From the NCBI GenBank assembly GCA_021613535.1, contig CP075497.1, positions 5,580,001 through 5,644,000 of the forward strand: a stretch of DNA of 64,000 nucleotides, in the 5' to 3' direction. The notes under the pieces are model-generated. The model was not told where the DNA came from. It saw only the letters and a list, made by a program, of their open reading frames with translations, and ran no database searches. How positions within the stretch are numbered: position 1 is the stretch's first letter; the number at the start of each line of letters is the position of its first letter. Below are positions 13,701 to 29,586 of the stretch, one piece after another. The position numbers and the translations under genes were made by a program. The DNA is from Adineta vaga (lineage: Eukaryota; Animalia; Rotifera).

Positions 13701-16700
13701 AATCTTTAAATCTATATGGATTAATTCAAACTTGTGTTGATATATTTCGAATATTTAGTCGAATTGAATCAATGCATTCATTAAAAGCTAGTCCTGGAAT
13801 GTGTAGTTATCGATTCGAACTTTATTTAGAGATTACATCTATCTTTCGATTTTATACACCAGTTTTAATCTTAATACCAAATAATATGATACAAGTTTTT
13901 GAAAAGTAGGATAAACTTTTTCTTATCGTGAAATGAATTAAATTTTAATGTTTAGTTTAATACAAATTACTCAACATATTCAAGATCCAGTTCGTACAAC
14001 TTCAGTTGAACGTGCATTACTTATGCTCATGCATGATTCATACTTTTCATGTCCTTATATAAAGGTTTGTATACATGAATATATATTTCATTTGATTTAT
14101 TTGGTTTTTCTATAGAGTAAATATATGGATCGTGTTCCACAAATAATAGCTTTAATAAAGAAAGAATTATATACTCAAACATCTCAAAATAATAAACAAG
14201 ATGCAGCAAGTGCAAATTGTCAATTTGATCCTCAAGCATTTCTAGGAATTATTGAAGAACCAAGGTAAATATTGAATTAAAAGAATAATTCTATTCAAGT
14301 TCGCTTCTTGTTTTTACTTTAGAAAAGCACTGACGGAATTTCAACTCGATCGAGAGAAAATTTATCATACGAAACAATTGGATGAAAGTCCACAAGCACG
14401 AGCTAGTTTCGTCATTAATACATTAATTGCTGTTTCCAAGGCTAAATCATTAACTTAGTAAGTCAAAAAGATATTTTGTAATAAGTCTTTCTCAATCAAT
14501 GACTCTTTTGTCCTTTGAATTTATTTTAGTATTCATGATATTGCACATTTAGCAACTGAATTAACATGTCAAGTTGCTTCTCTTGGTTCAGTTTGGTTAC
14601 TTGCTATTAAAGCTCTTAGTACATGTACTCCACCCAATCGTCAAACAAATGCACCAAATCATACAAATGTTTTCGAAGAATTACGTCGTATTGATGTATG
14701 TTTTTGAAAATAAAATCTTACTTACATATATTTATATCTTATTTAGGCTAATGATCTATGTATACACGATAATCTATCAGTTTTCATTTCAATTTTAATT
14801 GCACGTCATGCACTTTCTATCAATGACTATATTATTGTGAGCGTTCAATCAATCATTGCTTCAACACCAAAAGAACGTCTTGATCCGTTAGCATCTCGAT
14901 CGAATCCATCTTCATCTCGTGTACGTGGTTCAAGTGGTGAGGAAGCCAATGAACCTGGTACAAGATTTACTTGTGATGTCATTGAACATCTATTTTGTGC
15001 AAATCATATACCATGGACAATGATGATATCATCACGTGAACGTCGTTTATTAGCATCAAATTATCGTCTTGTTGCATTTGGTGCATTTTTATGTGTATTA
15101 AAATCATTGTTAATTATTAGTCAATCGTGTTTTAAAGACTGTAAAACTTATTATGATCTATGTCGTGAAGTAACACAACGTCATAAGGAAAATGATCGTA
15201 TATTTAATGCTTCAAATGCAGATATAAATAGTCAAGCTGAAAAAGAATTTCGTTTATATCGTGAACCAATTCCGGAAGAATTAGTAGATTTATCTATGCG
15301 TGTTTTAAAATTATGTTGTGATCAAGATTGGATTCAAGAACGTTGCTTGAAAGAATCAGATACACTATGTAATCAAACAAATCTTTGTGACAAACTATTA
15401 GATGATGGACAAGCACAACAATTACTTCGTTTTATATGTTATAAATCGACATCGGAATTAACTAAAGTTTCATTTGATAAAGGACCTAAACCAATTATTT
15501 CATCGTTATTACAAAATCTTAATCAATGGACTTTACGTGCAACAATATTAGAATTGAAATTAATGATTAAAATCTTAGAATATAATGCACCTTCACAACG
15601 ACCACAAGATGTCAATTTTAATGTTTCATTAGCATTAAAAACGCATGAACATAATACTTTACATTTATTACAATCCATAGCTAGTGCTACTATTGAATTA
15701 TTTCAACATCAAACAGAGGGACGATATGGTGTATTAACACAAAATAATGAACATTATGATAGAAAAGGAATATGGTTAATTGCTCCGTTGATATCACGTT
15801 TACCTGATAATGTACAAAGTCGAATTTTACAAATAGCAGGTAAGTGATATGATATTGATTCAAATTATTTTATTTCTCTTTTGCTTTTTCTATAGGAAGT
15901 GTACTTGAAAATGGTAATTCAATGTTGAATTCTTCAAAAAGTAAAAATGATAAAGAAAATCAAGTTCTTCGAAGCATTTCATTATTAAGTCATCAGCCAT
16001 TTTTATCTCTTGTTTTATCCTGTTTGAAAGATCAAGATGATCAACGTACTGGTTTACTTGATTCATTACGTGGTCAACTTGAACAATTATATAAACAAGT
16101 AAGTTAAAATCTCTTGAGAATACTTTTCTATTACGAACATTAGGAATGTGAACATTGTTCAACACCGGGAAAAAATCTTTCAAATATATTAACTGTCAAA
16201 CCAACAGGTAGTAATAGTGGTCTTGGCAGTGGAGGATCATATCCAGATTGTCGTTGCAATTGTCACAAAACAGATTGGCAAATCTATTCAAATAATCTGG
16301 TATTAATCTATATAGATAGATATCTAGTCGCTTCTTTCTTTTTCTTTTTCTATTATTCGCTTCTCTGCACTTCCGTTTCTCTCTCTCTCTCTCTGTATAC
16401 ATGTAAACACACACACACCTATATATATACATATTCTTCCTTGCTTTTCTCTCTGGGATGGTATTGTTCGTGATTGGATTATGTCTCTTGCATGACTTAT
16501 ATTTATTATGCTTTTTTTATATCAAAACTTCGTTTTCTTTTTACGATGAATTTCACTATATGAATATAATTTTTTTTATAGGCTCCCATTGTTCAAGATG
16601 ATCCAAATATGAAAGCAGTGATATTCGAATCCTTGCAACTTCGACTAAGTCTTATTGGTGGAATGTTTGATACGATTGTTGTAAGTTTCTCTATTCTCTT

Positions 16701-18430
16701 TCAATATGTGTCTATAGTATGCATTTTTCTATCTAGCGTAATAATACTTCGGCTACAGAATGGATTTCTGTTTTTTCTCAATTAATTGCATCTGGTGTTA
16801 TTGATACAAAAAATAATTCACCTTTACTAAATACTGTATTAGATATGCTTGGTGTTCTTGTTCATGGAATTGTTCCAGCAGAAGGATCTATTGAAAATAG
16901 TCGCATTTATATGACATTAGTACGAAAAATTCGGAAAGATATTGGTGAACGACGTTCAGAAGCATTGGATGAAGTGAAACGATTCTTACCATTACAAAAG
17001 CCATTATTTGATATTTATGTTGTTGAACCATTTGATGGTGTTAGTAATCGAATGTTAAATCCTGAAATGAAAAAACATGGATTACAAGTGGCACGAAAAG
17101 TAAAATATTTCAAATAAATTTATAGATAAAGAAAGATCGTGATTTGTTTAGGAAAAAATTAATAGTTGGGAAATGATTGAAGGTTCAAAATCAGCAACAT
17201 CGATTTGTTATTCATGGTTTTGTGCAAAGAAAACTGAACGTAAACGATTAAGATATGAGGAACAATATCGTTTATTACTTCGACATAAACATAATCTATT
17301 TGACAAGCCACTTACTTACTTTCGCGTATGTTCTTATTTTGTCTTTGTTGTTCTAACTTTTAACATTTATTCCTTCTTTTTTGTTTTACAGGATCCACCT
17401 ATTATCCCAATTGAAGCTCCAGAGCATCCCGAATTAGAAATCGTTGCTGAGAGTCGTCCATCTATTCATCCTAATCAAATGCCAACGGGTTCAAATGCCT
17501 ATGGCCCTATGTCATCTATGCATAGTTCAATGATGCAACATTCACCTGGTATGCCAATGGGAATGCAATCATCCATGGTCGATCTTTCAGGAAAACAACC
17601 TCCACCAAATCATATGGGTGTACCAACAGCTCGTGGTACACCTGATCGTAAAGTACGTGGACAAGCTCCTGCAAATCCAATGAATCCACCTAAGCAACGT
17701 GCACAACGTGCATCACGTGGTACAGGCCCACGAGCTAACTCTATACAAGCACAAGCACCAACAGCACCAAATATTTATGGAGCTCAACCAACACAAGGAC
17801 ATCCATCAGTATTTCCGCAACAACCTTATGGTCAATGGGTATCATCACAATCTATGCCCGGTCCTCAACAACCATCAATGATGCCTGCATATCCTAGTGG
17901 ACCACAAATGAAACCACAACAATCACATATGATGCCAAATGTTCGACCTACTGGTATGGTTCCTACTCGAACAGGTGTTCAGTATTCAAATCAACCAATG
18001 TCATCCCAACAACAGACTGTAATGTCTCAACAGCAGCAGCAGCAGCAACAACAGCAACAACAACAACAGCAGCAACTACAACAACAACAGCAGCAAGGAC
18101 AACCATCACAAATGTCAGTTGGATATATGAATGATCCGTCATCGATGATGATGCCATCCGTAGGTGCTAATTCAATCGCTCAAAATGCTAATCGACAAGT
18201 GGGTGTCCCTGTTTCTGGTAAAAGAAAACTAAATGAATCAACTATTTATGCTACTGAGCAACCACAATATGCGACACCAGCAAAAATACCACCATCGGCA
18301 GCAAGTAAGCTTTTCAATCATAAAAAATATTATTTATCTAATGATTTTTATTCTTTAGGTGGATCAATGCCACAATATCAACCAAATCCAGTGATGATGC
18401 AACAGAACAACTATATGCATTCAACACAGC

Positions 18431-18494
<64 letters not shown>

Positions 18495-19000
18495 ACAACA
18501 ACAACAACAGCAGCAGCAACAGCAACAGCAACAACAGCAAATCGCTCATTCACAAATGTATTCTCAAGGTCAAATGCCTTCGGCTTCGTACATGAATAAT
18601 CAAATGCTTGGAAATCCAGCAAAGTAATGAATGATAGTTTAGAACAAAATCTATTTATTTTTTTTAACTCATTCGATTGATTCTTTTTAGTATGATGCAA
18701 CAGCAAACATCTGTTTATCCAAATATGATGAGTAATCAACAACCAAATGTCTATAATTCTGGACCAGGTAATCCAACAATGAATCGAACACCAAGTCAAA
18801 CACCAATGTCTATGCCCAATCAACAATGGCCAAATAATCAACCTATGAATGTTGGAAGACAACCACCAAATGCATATAATCAAGTAAAAAATTTCATTTG
18901 ACTTATCTTTCTCTATATGTCTCTAAGATTTTTTTCTCCGATTAAGATGATGCCACCTGATGCTCAACAACATTATGTTCAACAACAACATTACCAATAA
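10785..19000 (+). CDS. MED12: Mediator subunit 12 (kohtalo), multi-exon with C-terminal P/Q-rich and polyQ region
   Basis: N-terminus RSRFGLPDVFLQEPKQRE|DELTAETVKNGF. Further motifs: QWDYYNRL, EIRSRSLAIEHKWS, GIWLIAPLISRLP, LLSHQPFLSLVLSCLK, LQLRLSLIGGMFD. PolyQ tail, stop at 18998-19000. Confidence 0.96.
18028..18096 (+). repeat. CAG/CAA polyglutamine tract 1 in MED12
   Basis: Mixed CAG/CAA run with one CTA interruption. Confidence 0.95.
18427..18540 (+). repeat. CAA/CAG polyglutamine tract 2 in MED12 (38 codons)
   Basis: 114-bp uninterrupted CAA/CAG run. Confidence 0.95.
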
Positions 19001-19421
19001 ATCGAAATTGTCTGATAGATTGTTTTATAACGGTTTCTGTTTCTTTTTCTTTTTTCGACAAAAAACATTCAAATTGTAATTCTGTCTTACTGCTTGTGTT
19101 TTCCGCTAAGCGTTGGTAAGCAGCATCTATTCTTCTGTTGTCTTTTCAATCTATATTTTTTTCTTTGTTTACTCATTGTTGCATCATAGAAAAAAAAGTG
19201 TTTTTTTAAATGTACATATCAAGCTTTATTTATTGTGTTTATCAATATATAAACAAATCTCGATATGAAAAAGAACAATGAACCATCACAATTTCATTAA
19301 AATTCGGACACTCTTCATCGAAAGTTTAGTTTCGATAACAAAATAAGTATAAACAAATAGCTAGAATAATATAAATATCACATTGGCTGAATTAAATATT
19401 GAAAAACGAAACAAAAATTCC

Positions 19422-20259
19422 TTATTTTTTAATCACTTTCTTCGGTGTTTGTGCTCGTTCGGCATCAGTCTTTTTCTTTATCGAACCTTTGACCATTTCT
19501 TGAATGATTTCATCCGATGATCTTGTATCTGCTTTGAGTAATTTTTTCATTTGTTCCAAACAAGCATCATTTTCCTAGATGAAAATAAATAAATATTCAT
19601 TCGATGTTTGAAATCATCGATTTACTTCTTTAGTATTTGATCCTATACAATCTTTTGGAATAATTAATTTAAAATTTCTCATATAAGCATCATTTGCCGT
19701 AAATAGTACACAGATATTTCCAGCAAAACCAGCAAGAATTATTTTTTCGGCATCTAAATGATTGAGTAAAATATCAAGTGGTGTACAATAAAATGCTGAG
19801 TGTTTTGGTTTGAGAACAAAATCTAAATATTTTCCAAAAGAAATAATATTTATTTTTTATACAATAACAAAAACTCGATTTTATTCATCTTACAATCATC
19901 TTCTTGTGGTTGTAACAATAGAGCTAATGGTTTACCAGGTTTATTTTCGTTGATAACATATTCAATAACATTATGAAAATCTGATTTCCATTTACCGAAA
20001 TTGTCATTGACATAAATAACAGGAATACCAGCTTTATGTGCTGCTTTTTTCAATTTAGCAATATGTTGACCAATCTCTTCAGCTACTTCCAATAATTCTG
20101 TAGAAAATATAAACAAAATCTATTGAATGAAATGTTTTCTACGAATCTCAAACCTTCATTTCCTTCGAAATCTAAATGATTAATAACGTCAATCAATAAT
20201 AATACTGTATCGTTAGAATCTGGTACCATGCCATGAAGATCGTTTGATTCTTCAGCCAT
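19422..20259 (-). CDS. Isochorismatase-family cysteine hydrolase of bacterial type, 4 exons
   Basis: Spliced protein DLHGMVPD..LLLIDVINHLDFEG..GIPVIYVNDNFGKWKSDF..DD|YFVLKPKHSAFY..LAGFAGNICVLFTANDAYMR. Asp-Lys-Cys triad intact. Three GT-AG introns. Confidence 0.92.
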
Positions 20260-20456
20260 ATTAAAATTCTTTGAAAATGACGGTTTCCTATTTACTAAGC
20301 TTGTTTTTGAAGAGTTTTCAATCAACCAGTAACGTACTTTCAAAAGACATTACTCAGATTTATATGTTTAACAAGGACATCTATTGAATACAAATCTCGA
20401 ATTTGAATTCATGGCGCTTTATTGAACGACTTTATTTTACTATTTATTTCTATTTA

Positions 20457-21644
20457 ATGTCGGATCCAAACGAAGATTCTTCATCGAATTATTTCTGTTA
20501 TAATTGTGGAACACAAAATACAAATAGAACAAGATGTATTCAATGTCAAACAGAATATGTTGAAGACCAATCGACACAAATTCACAATCCTCAACCATCA
20601 ATTTCGAACGAAAACGATGATCAACAAATACCATTAATAAATGAATTTGAAAACCTTTTCACAAATGAGTTTGATTTACAATCATTTACAAATATGTTAT
20701 TGCCAATGCTAATATCCCAAATACAACCAAATCAACGGCATCATCGATCTCGTCGTAGTCGACTACCACGACGTATAAAACGTATTACTCATTCACCATT
20801 TTCACATCGATATTTACCTCCTCTCGATATTTTACCGTTTCAAGTTCGTACAATTCCAACATCTCCACTGCAAATTTTAAATATCAATGAATTCGTACCT
20901 GGACAAGTATTAAATACTCAATTCCAGTCTAATATACCTCTTATTCAAGTACCACTTCAATTGTTTATTTTTGATCAAAATAGAGATCATTTTAATACAC
21001 AAATGTTAACACATTTTTTTAATGAAGATAATCAAGTCTTATCTATTTCTAGAGCTAATATCGATCAATTACCTAATATCACTAGTAAGTTATAGTAAGC
21101 AACTTATTTATAGTCCTAGATGAACGGAGTGATAGAGATATTAAATCCATGTCAAAAACATCGACTTAATAATATCACTCAAAGATAGATCTAATTATTG
21201 AAACTAATTCCCTCGAACTAACTATGTACTTCAATTCGAATCTAAACTTTAGTTACTCCATCGAATCTTACAATCAATCCATCATGTGCAATATGTCTTG
21301 AAAATTTCGATCCATCAATAGAAGTGAAACAATTACCAATATGTCATCATATATTTCATATGAATTGTTTAACAGAATGGCTTCTTCGTCATGGTAATTG
21401 TCCTATGTGTCGAACAAGAATTTTATCAAATCAACAGGAACATGTACCAGTCATCAATCATCATTGGATGGAACAATTATTACTTCAAACATTCGAACAA
21501 CAACCAACGAATACAATCGTTCCGTATTCTCCTGTAAAAACAATCGATTCGACTCAAATCTCGTTCAATACCGCAGTAATCGAACATCCATCATCTGACA
21601 CTCCTCAACTACCACGTTTTGATTCGTCATCAAATACCGAATAA
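20457..21644 (+). CDS. RNF115/RNF126-like E3 ligase (N-terminal C4 zinc ribbon + RING-H2), 2 exons
   Basis: YFCYNC...RCIQCQTEYVE at the N-terminus. CAICLENF..KQLPICHHIFHMNCLTEWLLRHGNCPMCR in exon 2. Intron about 21085-21252. Confidence 0.85.
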
Positions 21645-22351
21645 TATTAGAATTTTCAATAGACCTATATTATACTATGAAAGTATGTATGTAATTATAT
21701 TAGTTTTCTTCTGTTTCTATATTTTTCACACATATGGTTTTTTGTTGTATCAGTTCTGCGAACACAAAAAATATATAGAGAAAGAAAAAGAAAAGACAAG
21801 ACAATTGATTCATTTCATCATCGTAAACAGTGCTAAGAAAAAAAAAGAAAAACAACAAAACATTTAAGCGCGATGGTGAATGAAAATAAATATTCAATTT
21901 ATATATATGTATAGAAGATGGTGATGTTAATGACTGTAAAAGAACAGTATATAATGGAGTTAAAAAACAGACGAAGAGAAAAAGAATGAAGAAGAAGAAA
22001 AAGAACATTTGCGAAAATACAAGAAATTCAAAAACTAAAATGAAATATACACAAAGAAAGAAACCAAAACTGAAAACAAAGAAAAAGCAAATGATAGAAT
22101 AGGCTCACTGCGAGATGTACTGTAAACATGAATAAAGAAGATATACTAGCAAAAGAAAAAAAAACGATAAACACGTTATTTGATCGTATCACTGTCTATA
22201 CACTCACAAAAAAAAACAAACGAAAGAAAGAGAATACAAATCACTGTTCTTTCCATGAATATTTCTATTTTTTTCTTCTTCTATCTCTTTGTTAACATAA
22301 TTATTATTTCCAAAACACAACGCTGCTTTTTTTCTTCTCAGATACAGTCAA

Positions 22352-26233
<3,882 letters not shown>

Positions 26234-27972
26234 CACTAATTCATCGGTTAAAAAGTAACAAATCAATCACTGATAATGTTTCGTGTTCTTTTATCAAATT
26301 CAATACTTGTATTTCAGTTGCATTGTATGTATTTACTTAGATTTTACGAAATATTAAAATCAAACTAGTCGTGACTTTCAAATGTGTCTATAAGACGTCA
26401 TTCAACCTTGTATATAAAGATAAATACAGCGTAGGTGGCTTGAATGTATAAAGATAGGTAAGCAAATGTGTCGCGTGTGCCTCTGTCAAATAATAAAGAA
26501 ATCGTCTGATTAGTAAATAAATAAATAAATAAATCTAAAAGAATAATATTACATGACGGCAATACTGAAGAACAGAAGAGAAAAAAAACAACAAGATGAT
26601 TCATGCATCTTTTTCGCTCGCTAATGGTAACCTTAAAAATACATCAATTCTTTTTTTTTATCTCACTCTTTTTTTCTCTTTACGTCGATGTGGAAAAAAA
26701 GAGAGAAACGATAAATAAAAGCAGTCAAGCGATGAATATATCTAACAATCAATAGAAAAAGATAATTCATCAGGTGACTTATGTGACTAGAATAGAAAGT
26801 AAAGATAATTACTCAATAAAAAAAACTAGCCAATCTCTTTGAAGAACAAGTATTGTGCACAAAACATACTAAGAAAAGAAAGTACTTTCATCTTTAATAG
26901 ATCTCTAAAACGAAAACTAACTGCATAAGATTAATAATTTTCTTGGCTAGTGAAAAAAGTACATACATATGCAGAATAAAAAGTAAAGAATTGATTCCTG
27001 TTGTAGAGTCGCTTTTGTCTCGTCAACGACAGCGGCAACGTTCGTTTTTAACCCGATATTTTTCTGCAACAACAGCGTACACAGAGACAGAAAAAGAAGA
27101 AAAAAAATTGCGCGCGTCCTTGTGCGCCTTTCATCGTCCTTTACACGACTAAATTGTAAAGGAGGAGAAAAAAAAGAGGAAGGAAAAAAAAGAAGATTGT
27201 GAGAAAAAGAATCATCAGTGTAGATAGCACGAGTGCTCTCTTCATATAGAAAAGAGAACGCACATGAATAACCAAGGAGAACACATACTAATTGTTGTGT
27301 TTTTCTTTCTTTTTCTCGTTGCACACACGTTGAGCAGTCAAAACTAAACAGATGCTAAATTAGTCTTCCTAGGATTACCGAAAGAGTATCAGGTGACTTT
27401 TGTCTTGTTATCAGAACTGATAAGGAACGATTTTATAGGAAAATTAACACGAAATTATCCGCATGAAATAAGATACTAACTGATGTTATTCTTTGTCCGT
27501 TTTTATACCGATCAAACTGAAATACAATGAGATGTTAATTCCGAAAATAAATAAATAAATCAACGGAAATGATCAAGATGTTCGATTTAGAATTCACTTG
27601 AAAAACAATAACTTTCATTTAGAAATTTTCCTGCCTGATTACACATAATGACAAAACCTTTTCTTTTTCTTCTTTTCTTTTCCTACTTTTCAGAACTGAC
27701 AAAAAAATTACTATCCAAACTATTTACTGATTGGAGATTTTCATGAACCAGTTAGAAATTGCTACAAACAATTATGTGACATCTGTACACGAAATCGTTC
27801 TTACTTTTTCTTCATAGAAAACAAAAGTCTAAAAAGTATAGTTTAATATTTAATTTATTCCATTTGAATATCTAAGGAAAAGTTATTATTTTATAAACTA
27901 TTTCAAACAAAAAATCTGTCGTCATCAAATCGATTCGAATATATATTCTCTAGAACTTTTTTACAATAAAAT

Positions 27973-29148
27973 ATGAGAAAAACGCAACCATCATTTACGT
28001 CTTTAAAGTATATTTATCAAAATTGAATTTAATCATGTCTATTTATTGATATATTTTCCAATAGTTCACAAACGGAAGATAATACACGTTTAGAACGTCG
28101 ACGAAATCGATTTATTAATGAATCAACATCCACAACGAACAAATCAGTATGATGAATTCTTTCTTAATCATTAAAATTTCACTTTCGTTTGTTTTTCTGC
28201 TACAGGTAAAATCCAACATCGATGCAAATCAACCTTTGATCGGTACATGTGAAAAGTTAGAAAAAAGTTATCTCCGTTTAACGAGTGTAAGTTGAAATTT
28301 TGATTACAGATCGAATTATTTCGATTATACGTTAAGGCACCTGATCAGTCGACAATTCGTCCATTAAATATACTTGAAAAAGCATTTCCATTTATAATGG
28401 ATAAATATAAATCGAACTCTGATTGGTCTTATCTAAATAGTCAATTGAAAAGTATTCGACAAGATCTTATGGTTCAATCTATACGAAATAATTTTACTGT
28501 ATTGGTTTACGAAGAAAATGCTCGAATTGCACTTGAAATGGTAGTATGAAATAAAAGCATATTATTTATTTTTGTTGAGACAAAATCAAATTGATTTTGT
28601 AGAATGATCGTGATCAATTTGTTCAATGTCAAACTCAATTAGAAATCTTATATGATAATGGTTGTAATCGTACTCATCTCGTTGAATTTCTTATCTATCG
28701 ATTACTTTATTCTTTATTAATAAATGACTATAAAAGTAACTAATTTTCAATTATTAATGTTTAACGATTAGTTTTGTTTTAGGAGTTAATCGAATTTTAA
28801 TCGATATTGATCAAGTAACAAAAACCAATGATTTGAATATAACTCTACAATTTTGTTCAGCTTTTCGTCGCAAAAATTACATGGAATTATTTATATTCTA
28901 TAAATCTTTACCGGAAACTTGCTCGATATTTAGTAGATCTTTTCATTGATATCTATCGCAAACAAATGATTGAAAATCTCATTTGTGGGTTTTCTCCAAC
29001 ATTTCCAATTGAAATTGTTACATCAATGTTAGCATACGAATCGGATGACATTTGTCAAGAACATCTTCGTTCATTCGGTGTGCAATTTCTTCCCAATTCA
29101 ATGAATATTGATTGTAAAACAAGTAGAATTAGTTTTAATAAAACATAA
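27973..29148 (+). pseudogene. LENG8: LENG8/THP3-like SAC3/GANP (PCI) domain gene with an apparent 1-bp frameshift at about 28914 (pseudogene or sequence error)
   Basis: LIGTCEKLEKSYLRLTS|APDQSTIRP, QLKSIRQDLMVQSIRNNFTVLVYEENARIALE, QFVQCQTQL. In the last exon the homologous frame switches at ccgGaaactt. Confidence 0.8.
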
Positions 29149-29586
29149 TTACAGTCAGATCGAGTTTTGTTTTTTTATACTGATGTTTTTTAGTTTGAAA
29201 CAGTACAAAACTTCAAGGTGAATTTTAAATAAAACCTCTTCTTTTGTTATCTGTAGTATATTTATTTGAATAAACATATTTTTCATAAATTCTCGGAAGA
29301 AATTCACATTTCAAACTAGTTATTCAATCGGCGAATTTGGATGTTTCTTATGTTTTAACATATAAAAGCACTATTTCTTTTTCATTTTCTTTTGTTATCG
29401 GCGAAAATTCTGTATCGACGTGTCTATTATAGTTGTTATTGACATTGTCTCATATGCAAGGACGAAAGTAGAAAAGAGAAGAGAAAAATATATATTAATC
29501 TCGCTTTTCGAAAACTTCTAAACGACAAAGTGTCTTTTCTTGTGTAAGTTTATCTTTCTTTTATCCTCTCAATAATCAATGAATCA

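Noticed and set aside
17963-18883. Val/Ala-rich minus-strand ORFs
   Set aside because: Antisense shadows of the MED12 polyQ (CAA/CAG) tracts.
21085-21252. RING-gene intron with a short inverted repeat (gagtgata...tatcactc)
   Set aside because: An 8-bp stem is expected by chance in AT-rich DNA, and there are no other ncRNA hallmarks.
21700-22350. Phe/Lys-rich ORFs between the RING gene and EGR
   Set aside because: Low-complexity A/T-rich convergent 3' UTR sequence.
26400-27900. Search for CArG/SRE boxes upstream of EGR; ORFs 26943-27324
   Set aside because: No canonical CC(A/T)6GG noticed. The ORFs are low-complexity and lack coding signature.
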